Below are positions 1-11,110 of a stretch of 34,446 nucleotides of DNA, piece after piece. Numbering within the stretch: position 1 is the first letter of the stretch; each line of letters starts with the position of its first letter. The notes beneath the pieces were generated by a model. It was given only the letters and a program-made list of their open reading frames with translations, searched no databases and was not told where the DNA came from. Source of the stretch: Aduncisulcus paluster (Eukaryota); contig BQXS01012435.1 in the NCBI GenBank assembly GCA_024181965.1, forward strand, positions 1 through 34,446, given 5' to 3'. Position numbers and translations under genes: made by a program.

Positions 1-584
1 AATACGAAAATTATAAAAAGAAAGAAGGTAGTGTTAGTATGATGGTATTACAATGTTGTTTATTTATTATTGACAGAAACTATTATTATTATTTATTATT
101 TTGAAGTTATCATCTTATTATATTAAAGGATTAAGAATGTTTTATTTTTTGGTTCCGGTTTGGTTTCAAATCCAAAAACTGGGAATTTATATTTTATTTC
201 AAAATAGTAAATTTGCTCCAAGCATAAATTCTGTAGAACAGCTAACAAAAAGCAAATCAATACCCATTTTCCTCCACAATATTTCAAGTTATATTTAAGA
301 TTATGTTGAAACAAGATCGAGATTTATTGAAAACAGCTGGAAAAAAAAAGCATGCGTAGTTCTAATCAAAAATAGTTTAAGAAACGTTACATTTTCATAA
401 GAAGGCGATAACATGATGAATGCCATGACATTTGGGGATAGCAAGACGAAAGAAGATATGGGCCTTCAAACAGGGTCATTAACAATAACGATGACCCTAA
501 CGGGAAGAATTCAGGATTGAAAAAGGGAAAGATATTATTATTATTTTAATAATCAAAATATATTTCTTTCGTATATACAAAAGC

Positions 585-1230
585 TTAACAACCACATCCA
601 CCACCAGATGAGGAAGGAAGACCTCTATCTCCAATTGACATATCTTCTGATATTCTTTCGGCAATTCGTTTAAACATGGGCGAAATATTTACATTTTCTT
701 TGCTGGAACATTGGAAAAACAAAAGACCTTCTTTTGACGCAAAACTTTTGGCTTCATCAACAGATACAACTCTTCTTGACGCAAGATCACTCTTATTTCC
801 TGCCAAAGCAATGACCGTCTTTCCTTCTCCATTTTCTTCTTTGACTTTCTTTACCCATTCCTTGGCCTTTTCGAAGGAACGCCGACTTACAACTTCATAC
901 ACAACGATTACCCCGGCGGCTTTACGGTAATACATTGGGGCTAAAATGCTATATTGTTCTTGTCCAGCTGTATCCCAAATTTCAAACTTAATCACCTTCC
1001 CTGGTAGAGAAACTTTCTTACAAACAAAAGCAGCTAACAGAAAACGACCAAGTAAAAAGGTTAAATTGCTCAAAAAATATGATAAAAATCAATAAATTTC
1101 AATGTTTAAAATACATACCTCCAATTGTAGACGGCTGATGGTCAAAATACTGATCCTTGGTGAATCTTAACACAATACTGGTTTTTCCAGCACCAGATGA
1201 ACCCAACAGTACCAATTTATATTCATCCAT
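585..1230 (-). CDS. RAB5: Rab5/Rab22-family small GTPase, 186 aa, join(1119..1230, 585..1033)
   Basis: Spliced translation MDEYKLVLLGSSGAGKTSIVLRF...QPSTIG|AAFVCKK...WDTAGQEQYSILAPMYYR...GNKSD...GGCGC*. It has the P-loop, DTAGQ and NKxD motifs, the Rab5-type STIGAAF and LAPMYYR motifs, and a C-terminal CxC prenylation site. The ORF track missed exon 1. Confidence 0.88.
1034..1118 (-). other. Spliceosomal intron (85 nt, phase 1) in Rab gene
   Basis: GTATGT donor at 1118, TTTAAC branch-like motif at 1065-1060, TTAG acceptor ending at 1034. Removal restores STIG-AAF in frame. Confidence 0.9.
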
Positions 1231-1386
1231 CTATTGTTTATGTTGATAGTCAAACAAAAGTCAAGAACTAGAACAATCTAGATCTACCTCCCCAAATGAA
1301 TGTCTAATCCCATCTTCCAATGAGGTTTTTAACTCTCAAATAAAATATAAAAATGAATGGAATTTATTATATGTTGCAAGCACTTA

Positions 1387-2286
1387 TTATTCATCATCAC
1401 CACTAATAGTCCCAGTCTTCCTAACATTTCTCATCATCCTTGTCCCATCTTTCTTTATGACAACGATATCAACATTACTTCCACTTCCAAGATCATTGAG
1501 AATACCAGCTTCAATAGCATCACCGATAAGTCCAATAGCCGCCTCTTCCTCCAAACCATCTTCATATCTAGCTTCAAGGAATGACATAGCAGCAACACTA
1601 CCACTTCCCATGGTCAAGTATGGAAGACAATCCACAGAACCATGGGGCCAAACAGAATATAAATGAGGACCAGTAGCATCAACTCCTCCAAGAATAAGAG
1701 CAGCAGTTAAATACCCCATATGCTTAAAAAGATGATCCTTTAACATTGTCATTGCAGAAACTACACGAGGATGTTCACCAGAACGGAGAGAATGCAGAGA
1801 CAGACGTGAACTAACCATTTCAGTAATGTGTTCAGTATCAGCAGCAACTCCAGCACCAGCACAATAAATGTTTTCCGAGATAAAATGTAATTTTTCACAG
1901 TTTTTATCAGCAACGATCTTATCAACAGTAGATCTTGTATCAGCCGCTAAAACAACACCATCTTTGAAGATCATACCAACAATAGTGGTTCCAGTTTTTA
2001 AAAACGTCTTTTTTAAATCTTTTGATGAAGCTAAAAGATGAGCATTTCTAATTGATAATATAAGACCAGAGAACACGATAAAATAGTATAAAAAAAGAAT
2101 AAAACAATAAATAAAAGCATATAAGATTGAAAAATCAGGAATGAATCCATCAAATTAGTTTTAATTCAGCCAGGAGTAGGAATATGTATTGACATGGCAA
2201 CAATACACGGAAAGGACATACCTTTCAGAATATGTGAATGAGGTTTTCTTTGGTTCTTCGAGTAGCTTTTTCTCGAGTGTATACAT
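1387..2286 (-). CDS. PSMB7: 20S proteasome subunit beta type-2 (PSMB7/Pup1-like), 241 aa, join(2222..2286, 1387..2047)
   Basis: A 41-aa propeptide (MYTLEKK...YSER|NAHL...KTG) precedes the catalytic Thr in TTIVG. Also present: [31 protein letters not shown] and [10 protein letters not shown], typical of beta-2. Confidence 0.93.
2048..2221 (-). other. Spliceosomal intron (174 nt, phase 2) in proteasome beta-2 gene
   Basis: GAAAG|GTATGT donor and TTAG|A acceptor. Splicing gives E-R-N-A in frame with the downstream ORF. Confidence 0.85.
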
Positions 2287-2932
2287 ATTTCTTTTCTGTA
2301 ATGAAGTCAAATGCCGAATGTGAAAATCAGATAGTGAGAATAAGATCAAAATTTAATTTAAGTTCCATAAAATACCATAAATTGAATCCTCCATATAATT
2401 TTATTCATTCCATATTGCCAAAATGGGCTATTCATTGCAGGGGGGGAAATTTGATTAAGATATTGAACAGGAAGAAATATTCATCTTTTAACATAGAAAT
2501 CACGTATATATTTAACCCACAAGATATTTTAATGTTCTATCTTTAGCATTCTGATGATTCTCTCAAGTCAAAAGACTCAAAAAAATTCCCCATTGAATTA
2601 CTCTTGGGAAACTATAGAAGTGGAGAAAGTTGAAATAATATACTTCATAAAACATATTATAATTATCAAAGTTAAATTTAAGGAAAGCTTTTGCTGTTTT
2701 TTCATAAACCTGTTGCCTATTGGGTGATTTGAGCATTTTTCACTTATCCAAACATGAAATTAAAAAACTAAAAATCCTTTTATTCATAATTCAAGGTGAT
2801 ATTTCTCGATTTTGTTCATATTCAGGCTAGAACCTTTCTTCAAGCAAATCTGGTAGAGCTGTAGAAGATCTTTTCTGAACACATTTAATTCTTCTTTTTT
2901 CTGAAGATATATAAATCAACTACATACATCCA

Positions 2933-3955
2933 ATGGGTCCAATTGGTATTATATTAATTATTATGGGATGTATTCTTGGGCTTATCTTGCTCATTGGTAT
3001 TTTCAAGAGCATTGTTGTCGTAAAGGAAAAAGAAGTTATCATCGTTGAGCGTTTTGGAAAGTTTAGGGATCTCTTAAAACCAGGAATTCATTGCATGATT
3101 CCTTTTGCTGATCGTGCCAAAAAAATTGTTGAAAGATACTACGTCTCTGATGCCAGAGGACAAATCCACCTGGTTCATAAAGTATTAAACCGTGTATCTG
3201 TTCAAAGCGAAGTTATTGATTTTGCCAAAACCTTTGTTATCTCCAAGGATAATGCTAGTTGTTTCCTTGATGCCATCCTCTCTTATTCGATCAAAAGTCC
3301 AAAGGTAGCTGTCTACTCATGTAAAAACATTCCTCTTCTTTTGTCCAAGTTACTTCAAGCACAGATTAGAAATGTTGCTGCTGGACTTGATGTTGATCAG
3401 CTCATTAATGATGTGAGTACCATGTCAAGGTTAACTTCTTTAATGGCCAGTGAAGTCCAGAGTCTTGGTGTTGCCATTCAATTTGTTAAAGTCCAAAAAG
3501 TTGAAACTAAGGGAATTAAGGATGATCTTGAGAAAAACAACCAGGCTCTCTACCGAAACAGAGAACAGATCACATTGGCCAAAGCTAGAAAGCAAGTTGC
3601 CGTAACCAACGCTGAAGGTCAGAGAGATAGTGAAATTAAGGGAGTTGAGGGTGAAGCTCAAGAAATGATAAGTCGTGCTCGTGGTAATGCTCAGGCCATC
3701 CGTAACGCTGCTTCGTCAGAAGCTACCAGTATTAAAGAAATGGGTAAAACTCTTCTTGCTGGATGCAAAGTTGGTTCTGATTCTCCAGTCCACTATTTCT
3801 TACGTGTCAAATATCTGGAAGCTCTTCAACACATTATGCAAAGTGGGAAGGTCGACACCGTCAGCAGTCTTAAGGGAACTGAAGGAACAGCCGGACTTGA
3901 TCTCTTCGATATCAAGACTTTGGCCACAATCGGTTCTTCAACCCAATTAGAGTAG
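2933..3955 (+). CDS. SPFH/band-7 stomatin-like protein (SLP-2/QmcA type), 340 aa
   Basis: N-terminal TM helix, then IVERFGKF..LKPGIHCMIPFADR and VISKDNA, and a coiled coil with AEGQRDSEI..EGEAQ repeats. Confidence 0.88.
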   Translation: MGPIGIILIIMGCILGLILLIGIFKSIVVVKEKEVIIVERFGKFRDLLKPGIHCMIPFADRAKKIVERYYVSDARGQIHLVHKVLNRVSVQSEVIDFAKTFVISKDNASCFLDAILSYSIKSPKVAVYSCKNIPLLLSKLLQAQIRNVAAGLDVDQLINDVSTMSRLTSLMASEVQSLGVAIQFVKVQKVETKGIKDDLEKNNQALYRNREQITLAKARKQVAVTNAEGQRDSEIKGVEGEAQEMISRARGNAQAIRNAASSEATSIKEMGKTLLAGCKVGSDSPVHYFLRVKYLEALQHIMQSGKVDTVSSLKGTEGTAGLDLFDIKTLATIGSSTQLE

Positions 3956-4318
3956 AGAATGTGGTATGAAGTGTGAAATAAATGTTCTTATTTCTTAATT
4001 TAATTAATTAGAACCTTTAAACTTATTTATGTATTGTTTTTGTCAAAACCTTTGAAATATTTTTTCCGGCCGAGTTTTCCCGGTTATTACCGGCGACAAT
4101 ACGATATCCCTCAAGCAGGCGTATAAATTTGATAATTTATTACAAATGAATAATAATCCAAGTAATCTAAGACTAATTTGAAGTCTCTCACTTGATAAAG
4201 GCAACTATATATGGTGGAAATGCCTGAAGGCAGAACAAGAAAAAAAAAAAAAAAAAAAATCCAAAACTAATCAGGTACACTATAAAATTGAAGAAATAGA
4301 AACTATTCGAACAAACCA

Positions 4319-4956
4319 AAATAACAAAAAATCATCTTTCTATGTTATTTGCAGCTTGGTTGAGATAAGCACAGGTTAACTGAAGTACTGGCTCAGAAAT
4401 CTCTTCCATCGGCAACATACACCAAAACAGCAAAGTAAAGTCACGTTTGTCCGAGAACCTTGCATACATCTTCTTGTGTTCAATCAATGAAAGTATAAGG
4501 ACACAAATCAACGCCAATACAATTCCTAAGATACAATAGAACACCATGGAGGCCATGTTTGAGTCTAAGATCTGTTCGGCCTCATCAACTACCATCATAA
4601 TCCCGGCTTCAGTATCAAATGGCAGAGNNNNNNNNNNNNNNNNNNNNAAATAACAAAAAATCATCTTTCTATGTTATTTGCAGCTTGGTTGAGATAAGCA
4701 CAGGTTAACTGAAGTACTGGCTCAGAAATCTCTTCCATCGGCAACATACACCAAAACAGCAAAGTAAAGTCACGTTTGTCCGAGAACCTTGCATACATCT
4801 TCTTGTGTTCAATCAATGAAAGTATAAGGACACAAATCAACGCCAATACAATTCCTAAGATACAATAGAACACCATGGAGGCCATGTTTGAGTCTAAGAT
4901 CTGTTCGGCCTCATCAACTACCATCATAATCCCGGCTTCAGTATCAAATGGCAGAG
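4319..4956. repeat. Tandem 309-bp duplication around 20-N gap (4319..4627 = 4648..4956); probable assembly overlap
   Basis: The same sequence lies on both sides of N run 4628-4647. It produces the spurious ORF 4332..4664. Confidence 0.9.
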
Positions 4957-7900
4957 TATTGTTCAGAGTCTTTGTGAAAGCGGTCACATCAGGAGTCGTT
5001 GTATATGGAGCATTTGTCTCAAGTGCAGACAAAGTCTCAATAGCATTCAGAGTCTTGTCAATGTGATTGATAAGAGATAACGAGGCCTCAGAGTCTGTGC
5101 ATGATGTGTATCTGTAACATTGGGCACTGTAGAACAGTTTGTTCATCACAGGCGAAATTGAAGGGAGAGGATCAATAATGGAACCTTCGAGCAACTCCTC
5201 ACGACTCTGCTTTATATCAGCATAGATGGAGTTTAATTGGTCAAGCATTTCATCCCGAAGGAGCTGAGAGTCATACTCACTCACCGCCCCAACCTCAGCG
5301 AACAAAAGCATCGTACTAATAGATTTTGCATTAGAGAATTGAGCCTGAGTCGTAGAGGCGAGAGAGACAGCTCTACAGTTAGTAATGACAATCGGAATCT
5401 CCATAAACAAAATAACAACAATAATTATAGTTACTAAAGGAACCCAAATGTGGTAGGGAAGCCAGAAACGAATGATACTGGCCTTTGAGTGCAGAGCAAA
5501 GGTATTCTCTTCTTCATCATCGAGATCTTCCACACACGCCACACTGGAATCGTCATCAGAGACATTGGAAGAGGAGATGGAAGTGTGTCTACGAAGGGTG
5601 GCGGCTCTCATTCTCCGCTCTCTCTCCTTCTTGAGCTTTTGTTTCTCACGGTTTACAGCATCCTTGAGTTTCAAATCGGTCAGGGTCTTGATTTCCTTAT
5701 GAGTTTTTGGCTTTTCTTCAATCTTACTGACACGAGACGACGCTCTCTTCTCCTTGGAAAAGACAATTTTCCTGATATGAAGATTATATAGAGATTGGAG
5801 ATAAGCCCTGGAACCAATATTAAAGAATAAACTCGAAATGGAGTGAGTTTTACGCTCAATCTTCGTCGTAGGAAACACAAAGAAAACAATAATACAGAAT
5901 GTACTCCAAATGACGCCAACAAGGAGCAGAACAACAACCCAAATGTTCAATAGGTTGTTATACTGATCCCAATGAGTGTATAGGGAGTTTAGAGAAGTCT
6001 CAAGTGCATTCTTCACGGAGAATGGAATCATAGACACAAGCGTTCTCCATTCTCCATACCCACTGAGGGTCTGAGACATCTCCAGAGTTTCATCGGGGTC
6101 TGGGATAGTGGTTTGAGAGGACACAATCGGGAAGTAAGTCGCAGTGGGGAAGTCAGAAGTAAGGGATTGAGCAGCAATGTTACACAATGACATGGCACGA
6201 ATGAGAGACACAGAGGATGTTAGAAGCGGTTGAAGAGAGTCTGGTAATGAATCCATGTCAAACATTGTCGCCTCAGAGTCGAGATCAGCAAGTTCATCAT
6301 CGTCGACAGTGACGAACAGGTACTCATCCACACCACTGTGCATGTACATCTCAAGCTCATCTGTTGGAAGAGAACGTCTAACGACACTATCTCCCTCCGA
6401 CATAATCTCAGAGATCGACAGGTCAGAGGCATCGGATGCACCCTCGAGAACCTCATAATTAGTCAGGAACAGCTCATCGGTGCGATCTGACACATTTGAG
6501 AAGAACATACTCTCAGTGCCACTCCACACTGATTGAGCGAGAGAAGCCACCACGTCGAGATTCCTTGTTAGGGGTAACTGGAACAGGGATGAAGTAAAAG
6601 TATGGAGTGACGATAGTGTGTTCGTGGTCACAGAAATGAGATCAACAGTCTCTTGAATTCCTCCGAGGACATTCAAAATAAGGGCCAACACAATGATCAC
6701 AGCAGCGGAAATAAGCACAAAGCCAATCATGGGTAGAATAGAACCCAACAATCGTAACCCATACATTTGACCAATCTTCTTCCTTCCTTCTCCGGGAGGA
6801 GGAATCGCATTCATCATCTCCTTGTATTGACTCCTCTTCTTCTTGTTCTTGCTGGCCTTGTCGAAGAGATCCTGCAAGAAAGTGTTCAAGAAAGTGTGGG
6901 TACGCTCCTCTATGCCATCGTCAGCGACGGACACCATCTTCCAAAGCTCAGAGATAGTGGGACGGGCTAGAACATGGCGCTCTTCATGCTCCTTCATGGT
7001 AGAGGCTATATCCATGTAATATTCAGCCAGACCACGATTTCCGAGGATAGATTTGCACACATTGGCGTACAAAGTCACTGAATCTTTTGTGGCAGGATTA
7101 AGAAGAACGTCGAACACCTCATCGAGACGTCTCATTTGCTTGCTGACTTCACGTAACCGAGATGTGAACTCCGAATAGTATCTCCTTATAAACTTATTCG
7201 AAGTGACATTCTTGGAACTATCGGTGGATGACACAGAGTTTGCACTGTAGAGCATGGAACGAGAGGTCGATTGCCTCAGGTATGATGGAGTGAGATGACC
7301 TGAGGGATCCACTCTAGCACTCTGCATAGCAACATCTCCTTGCACCATAGAGGCTGAAATGTTACTCGGGGGCTGGGTTGTGGTAGATTGTCCAGGACTG
7401 AGGGCAGAGGCCTTAGGGCTCGGAGGAAGAGAGAACTGGTAGATGCGAGGAGTGGATGCCTGCTGGCCGAGCTGAGACGTTGAGACATTCATCGACATCA
7501 TGCGCATTTGACCCCGAGTAGACTCTTCCTCAATAACCTTAGCAACATACATGAAGGTCCAAAGTTTCTCAAGTTCAGATAATAGTCTAAAAATAGCTGG
7601 GAACACACGTCTAGTGTATCGCATTCTCTTTTTCCGACGACCACCAATGCTGGCAAAGTTATTTACACTTGCATCCATCAAAGCCTGAACAAAAACAGCC
7701 CTTGCATCATTGGGCATATGATTCATGCATAATTCGGCATTCTTTTGAACTCTACCAACACTTTGAGGTCTAAAATCACGTTCGAACAGCATCCACATTG
7801 TCAGGAAGGATGGATTGTTCCTCAGGTTCTCATTGTCTATCCCTGTAAGCATGAAAGCAGCTACTAAGGATGTCAAAGCACGAAGCTCGGTGTTTTCATC

Positions 7901-10765
7901 TTCAGTCTCATCCAAGAGAATATGCTTTTTTGTGCTCAAGAAACCCATCCGTCTTATAAGTACACGTAGATAGAACTCCAGGGCCCACACAGATTTGAAT
8001 AGAGGAGAGAAACTCCTTTGAACGTACTGGGAGGATGGCTGGCGAGTTGCACATCCCTCCAACAAGCTCCCCTTGGGATACAGGTCATCAAAGTCAGTAT
8101 TCCTTCCAGAAGCGTAGAATCTACCCGAAGGCGTCACATATGGTTCTGGTTTAGCTGGACTTTCGAGTCTCGAGTTGGAGGGGGAGAGCAAAGAGGAGTT
8201 AAAGGCCAAGTGAGGAATCGAGAAATCGCTTGGGAAGGAAATAGTTGGACGAATGGGCTTGATTTGTTTCACGAAAGGTGAAGGATCCTGTTCCTTTTCG
8301 CGCCCAAGATCGTCCACATGGATTTTNNNNNNNNNNNNNNNNNNNNGCTCCCCTTGGGATACAGGTCATCAAAGTCAGTATTCCTTCCAGAAGCGTAGAA
8401 TCTACCCGAAGGCGTCACATATGGTTCTGGTTTAGCTGGACTTTCGAGTCTCGAGTTGGAGGGGGAGAGCAAAGAGGAGTTAAAGGCCAAGTGAGGAATC
8501 GAGAAATCGCTTGGGAAGGAAATAGTTGGACGAATGGGCTTGATTTGTTTCACGAAAGGTGAAGGATCCTGTTCCTTTTCGCGCCCAAGATCGTCCACAT
8601 GGATTTTAATAGAATCAGATAACTCAGCCCTCTGTGAGGAAGACCCATCATCCGGACTATCGCTTCCTATCAGCTCTGCCTCCTTCTCCTGGTCATCGCT
8701 AGCTTTATCTTCTCCCTTATCGCTGTGGATATGCTCTACTTCTTTCCCAAAATCAGCCTCGAAGCTACGACGTGCAAGAGATGAGGGAATATTGAACACA
8801 GATGATAATCCTTGACTTGTGGGGGATAAGTCTGTCAGACTAGTAGTAGGTTGGTATGAATGGATCGTGTTACCAGATTTAACGTCAGTTGTGGTAATAG
8901 CGAATCCAACACTCTTTTTTTCGCGAGCACTCTGACTTCTCTTGTGACTTGGGCTCCCACTGAGAATTCCCTTGTGAAGATCTTGGATCGAAGAACTCTG
9001 AACAATTTGACGGGGAATAACACCACGTAACGATCCTTTTGTGAAGTCCTCTTCTCCTTGTCCTGTTGATTCCTCTTCTTCCTCTTCTTCACCTTCTTCC
9101 TCTTCTTCAGAATCTGATTCTTCATTTGACTCAGACTCAGAGGAATCCTCCTCTTCGGACGAATCATCTTCGCTTGAGCTTTCTCTTCTTCTTCTTCGAT
9201 TTCTTCTTATTATTCTTCTTCTTCTGATTATTCTTTCCTTTCTTATTCTTTTTGGCAGTTTCTTTCTTCTCTTGTTGCTCTTGGAGTCTTTTATCTTTTC
9301 TTCTTGACCACCAACTCTGTTTTGAGAGATCGAGGAAAGGATCATTCTCATCGTGGCTGAGAACAAACTTAAGCCTGCTAATAAAGGACTTGTTGCACAG
9401 AACAACCTTCAGGAAGACAACGCCTGACCACACAACACCCGTGATGCTTGGAATGATGAAATACAAGGCAATGTATGTCGAGGAGTTGTCTGAATACACT
9501 CCAAGAAGAGTATTGGAGGCAGAGGAGGAGGTGGAATGTTTGATATCGCCAATACAACAGATAGAAGCAAGTCCAATGCCGATCAGAGTGGACAAGAGGA
9601 AAGTAGTGGACACAGTGGCGAATAAGGAGAAGTGAGGGGTGGAGATGGTATAATAAAGGGTCACACAACACATCGATACGACAAATATAGCAATTATAAC
9701 AACACCATTCATATTATTCAGAACATGAGTGAGAAAACAAAATAATATTATAGTGATGGTACAAATAACATCAAAACGACCATTCTTCCGGGAGTAAGTA
9801 AAATAATGGGACATTTTCCACATAAAGGCCCCAACTCCAACAGTTTTATGTGTATATCCATGCTTCATGATTTCCATACCACCTGGCATGCCTGCAGAAG
9901 TATCATCATCTCCTCCAAGCTTTTTAGCCAGGAATTTCTGGGCAATAGCAATGGCACTTGAAGGATTGGAAGCATTGTTGTTGTCATCTTCACCTTCATT
10001 GACAAAATTAACACGTTTTTCCAACTCTTTTGAACGCTGACGGGTAATATGTTTTAACGCATGATTAGAAGAGTTATCTACACATAAATAAGTGTAGAGA
10101 ATGCAATCGACGGACAAAATAAGAAGTCCAAGGATTCCAAAAATGAAATTGATAATATGAGTACGGTTAATGGTCTCTACACGACTAAAGGTCATAATAG
10201 CAATAGAAAATATGTTACTAATAATAGGAAGGAACGTAAGACTTTCAAATCTCGTTAAAATCGCAACGATGCTTGTGAAACTACGAACAAACGCTCCTTT
10301 TCCAGATTTTCGTGCTTTTCTGTTGAACTCGAAGAAAAACTTAACAAAAAACAGGAAAATAACTACTATAGCCAAAATACCTGTGATATATAGCTGAGAA
10401 CGATCTGAATAACCTATAATGGAATTTCCATTGGCTGCTGACAAGAAATCAACTAATGATCGTAATTGAGGTGCAAACAATACAGCATTATCAGTAATTA
10501 CAAAAGTAAATAAACAAAACCAGGTGTAAAGATACGATAAGAATAGGATGATAAATGGGAATTGTGTTGAACGATCTATCGAGCAATATATATAGACGAG
10601 AAAATTTCCAAGTTCTCTTTTCTTATTGTTTTCAACTCCACTTATACTACTCCCTCCAACAGAAGACAACGCCCGTTCACTACTTGGGGCTGAGTCGGAA
10701 GGGGTAGAGGCGCCGGAATTTTGAGATAACGAAGCATGCTGATCGTTACCACGCCCACTAAACAT
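4661..10765 (-). CDS. Large multipass membrane protein, TmcB/TmcC (tiny macrocysts)-like, ~1940 aa after collapsing the gap duplication and one +1 frame change
   Basis: ORFs 9164..10765, 8269..9405 and 4661..8317 join into one protein. It has an N-terminal TM bundle, a Lys- then Glu/Ser-rich linker, a TPR-like helical segment (FDVLLNPATKDSVTLYANVCKSILGNRGLAEYYMDIA), paired TM helices flanking luminal domains, and a C-terminal TM followed by ...TLLFWCMLPMEEI. The family call is from remembered motif pattern, not a search. Confidence 0.6.
8066..8607. repeat. Tandem 261-bp duplication around 20-N gap (8066..8326 = 8347..8607); probable assembly overlap
   Basis: The same sequence flanks N run 8327-8346. 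Collapsing it fuses ORFs 8269..9405 and 4661..8317 in frame. Confidence 0.9.
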
Positions 10766-11110
10766 TTTGAAATTGAAATTTCACGATGAAGGTAAATACC
10801 TGGCAAAATCGAACGGTTGAGATCTTCCCTAAGATTCTTTCAAATTTTAGAGAATATTATGCCATTTTTATTCACGAATCTGCCTTACTTGATTATTATA
10901 TATTTAAATAAGTGGATTACTTTGCTATTCATCGATTTGGGATGATTTTTATATATTTTTACAAAAACGAGCGAAAAACTGAAACAGACTGTAAGAATAT
11001 AACAAACGATAAGTGCAGATGATTAATCATAACAAAAGAAACCCGAAACTCAAAGTTGCTCTCGATTCGAGAACATCCAATTTTATTTTTTTCGAAGAAC
11101 GAGGGGATTA

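Noticed and set aside
101-314. Short ORFs at window start and similar 60-115 aa intergenic ORFs
   Set aside because: AT-rich I/F/K/N-biased translations, often with non-ATG starts, and no motifs.
4332-4664. Separate 110-aa gene duplicating the TmcB-like C-terminus
   Set aside because: It lies wholly in the gap-flanking duplicate.
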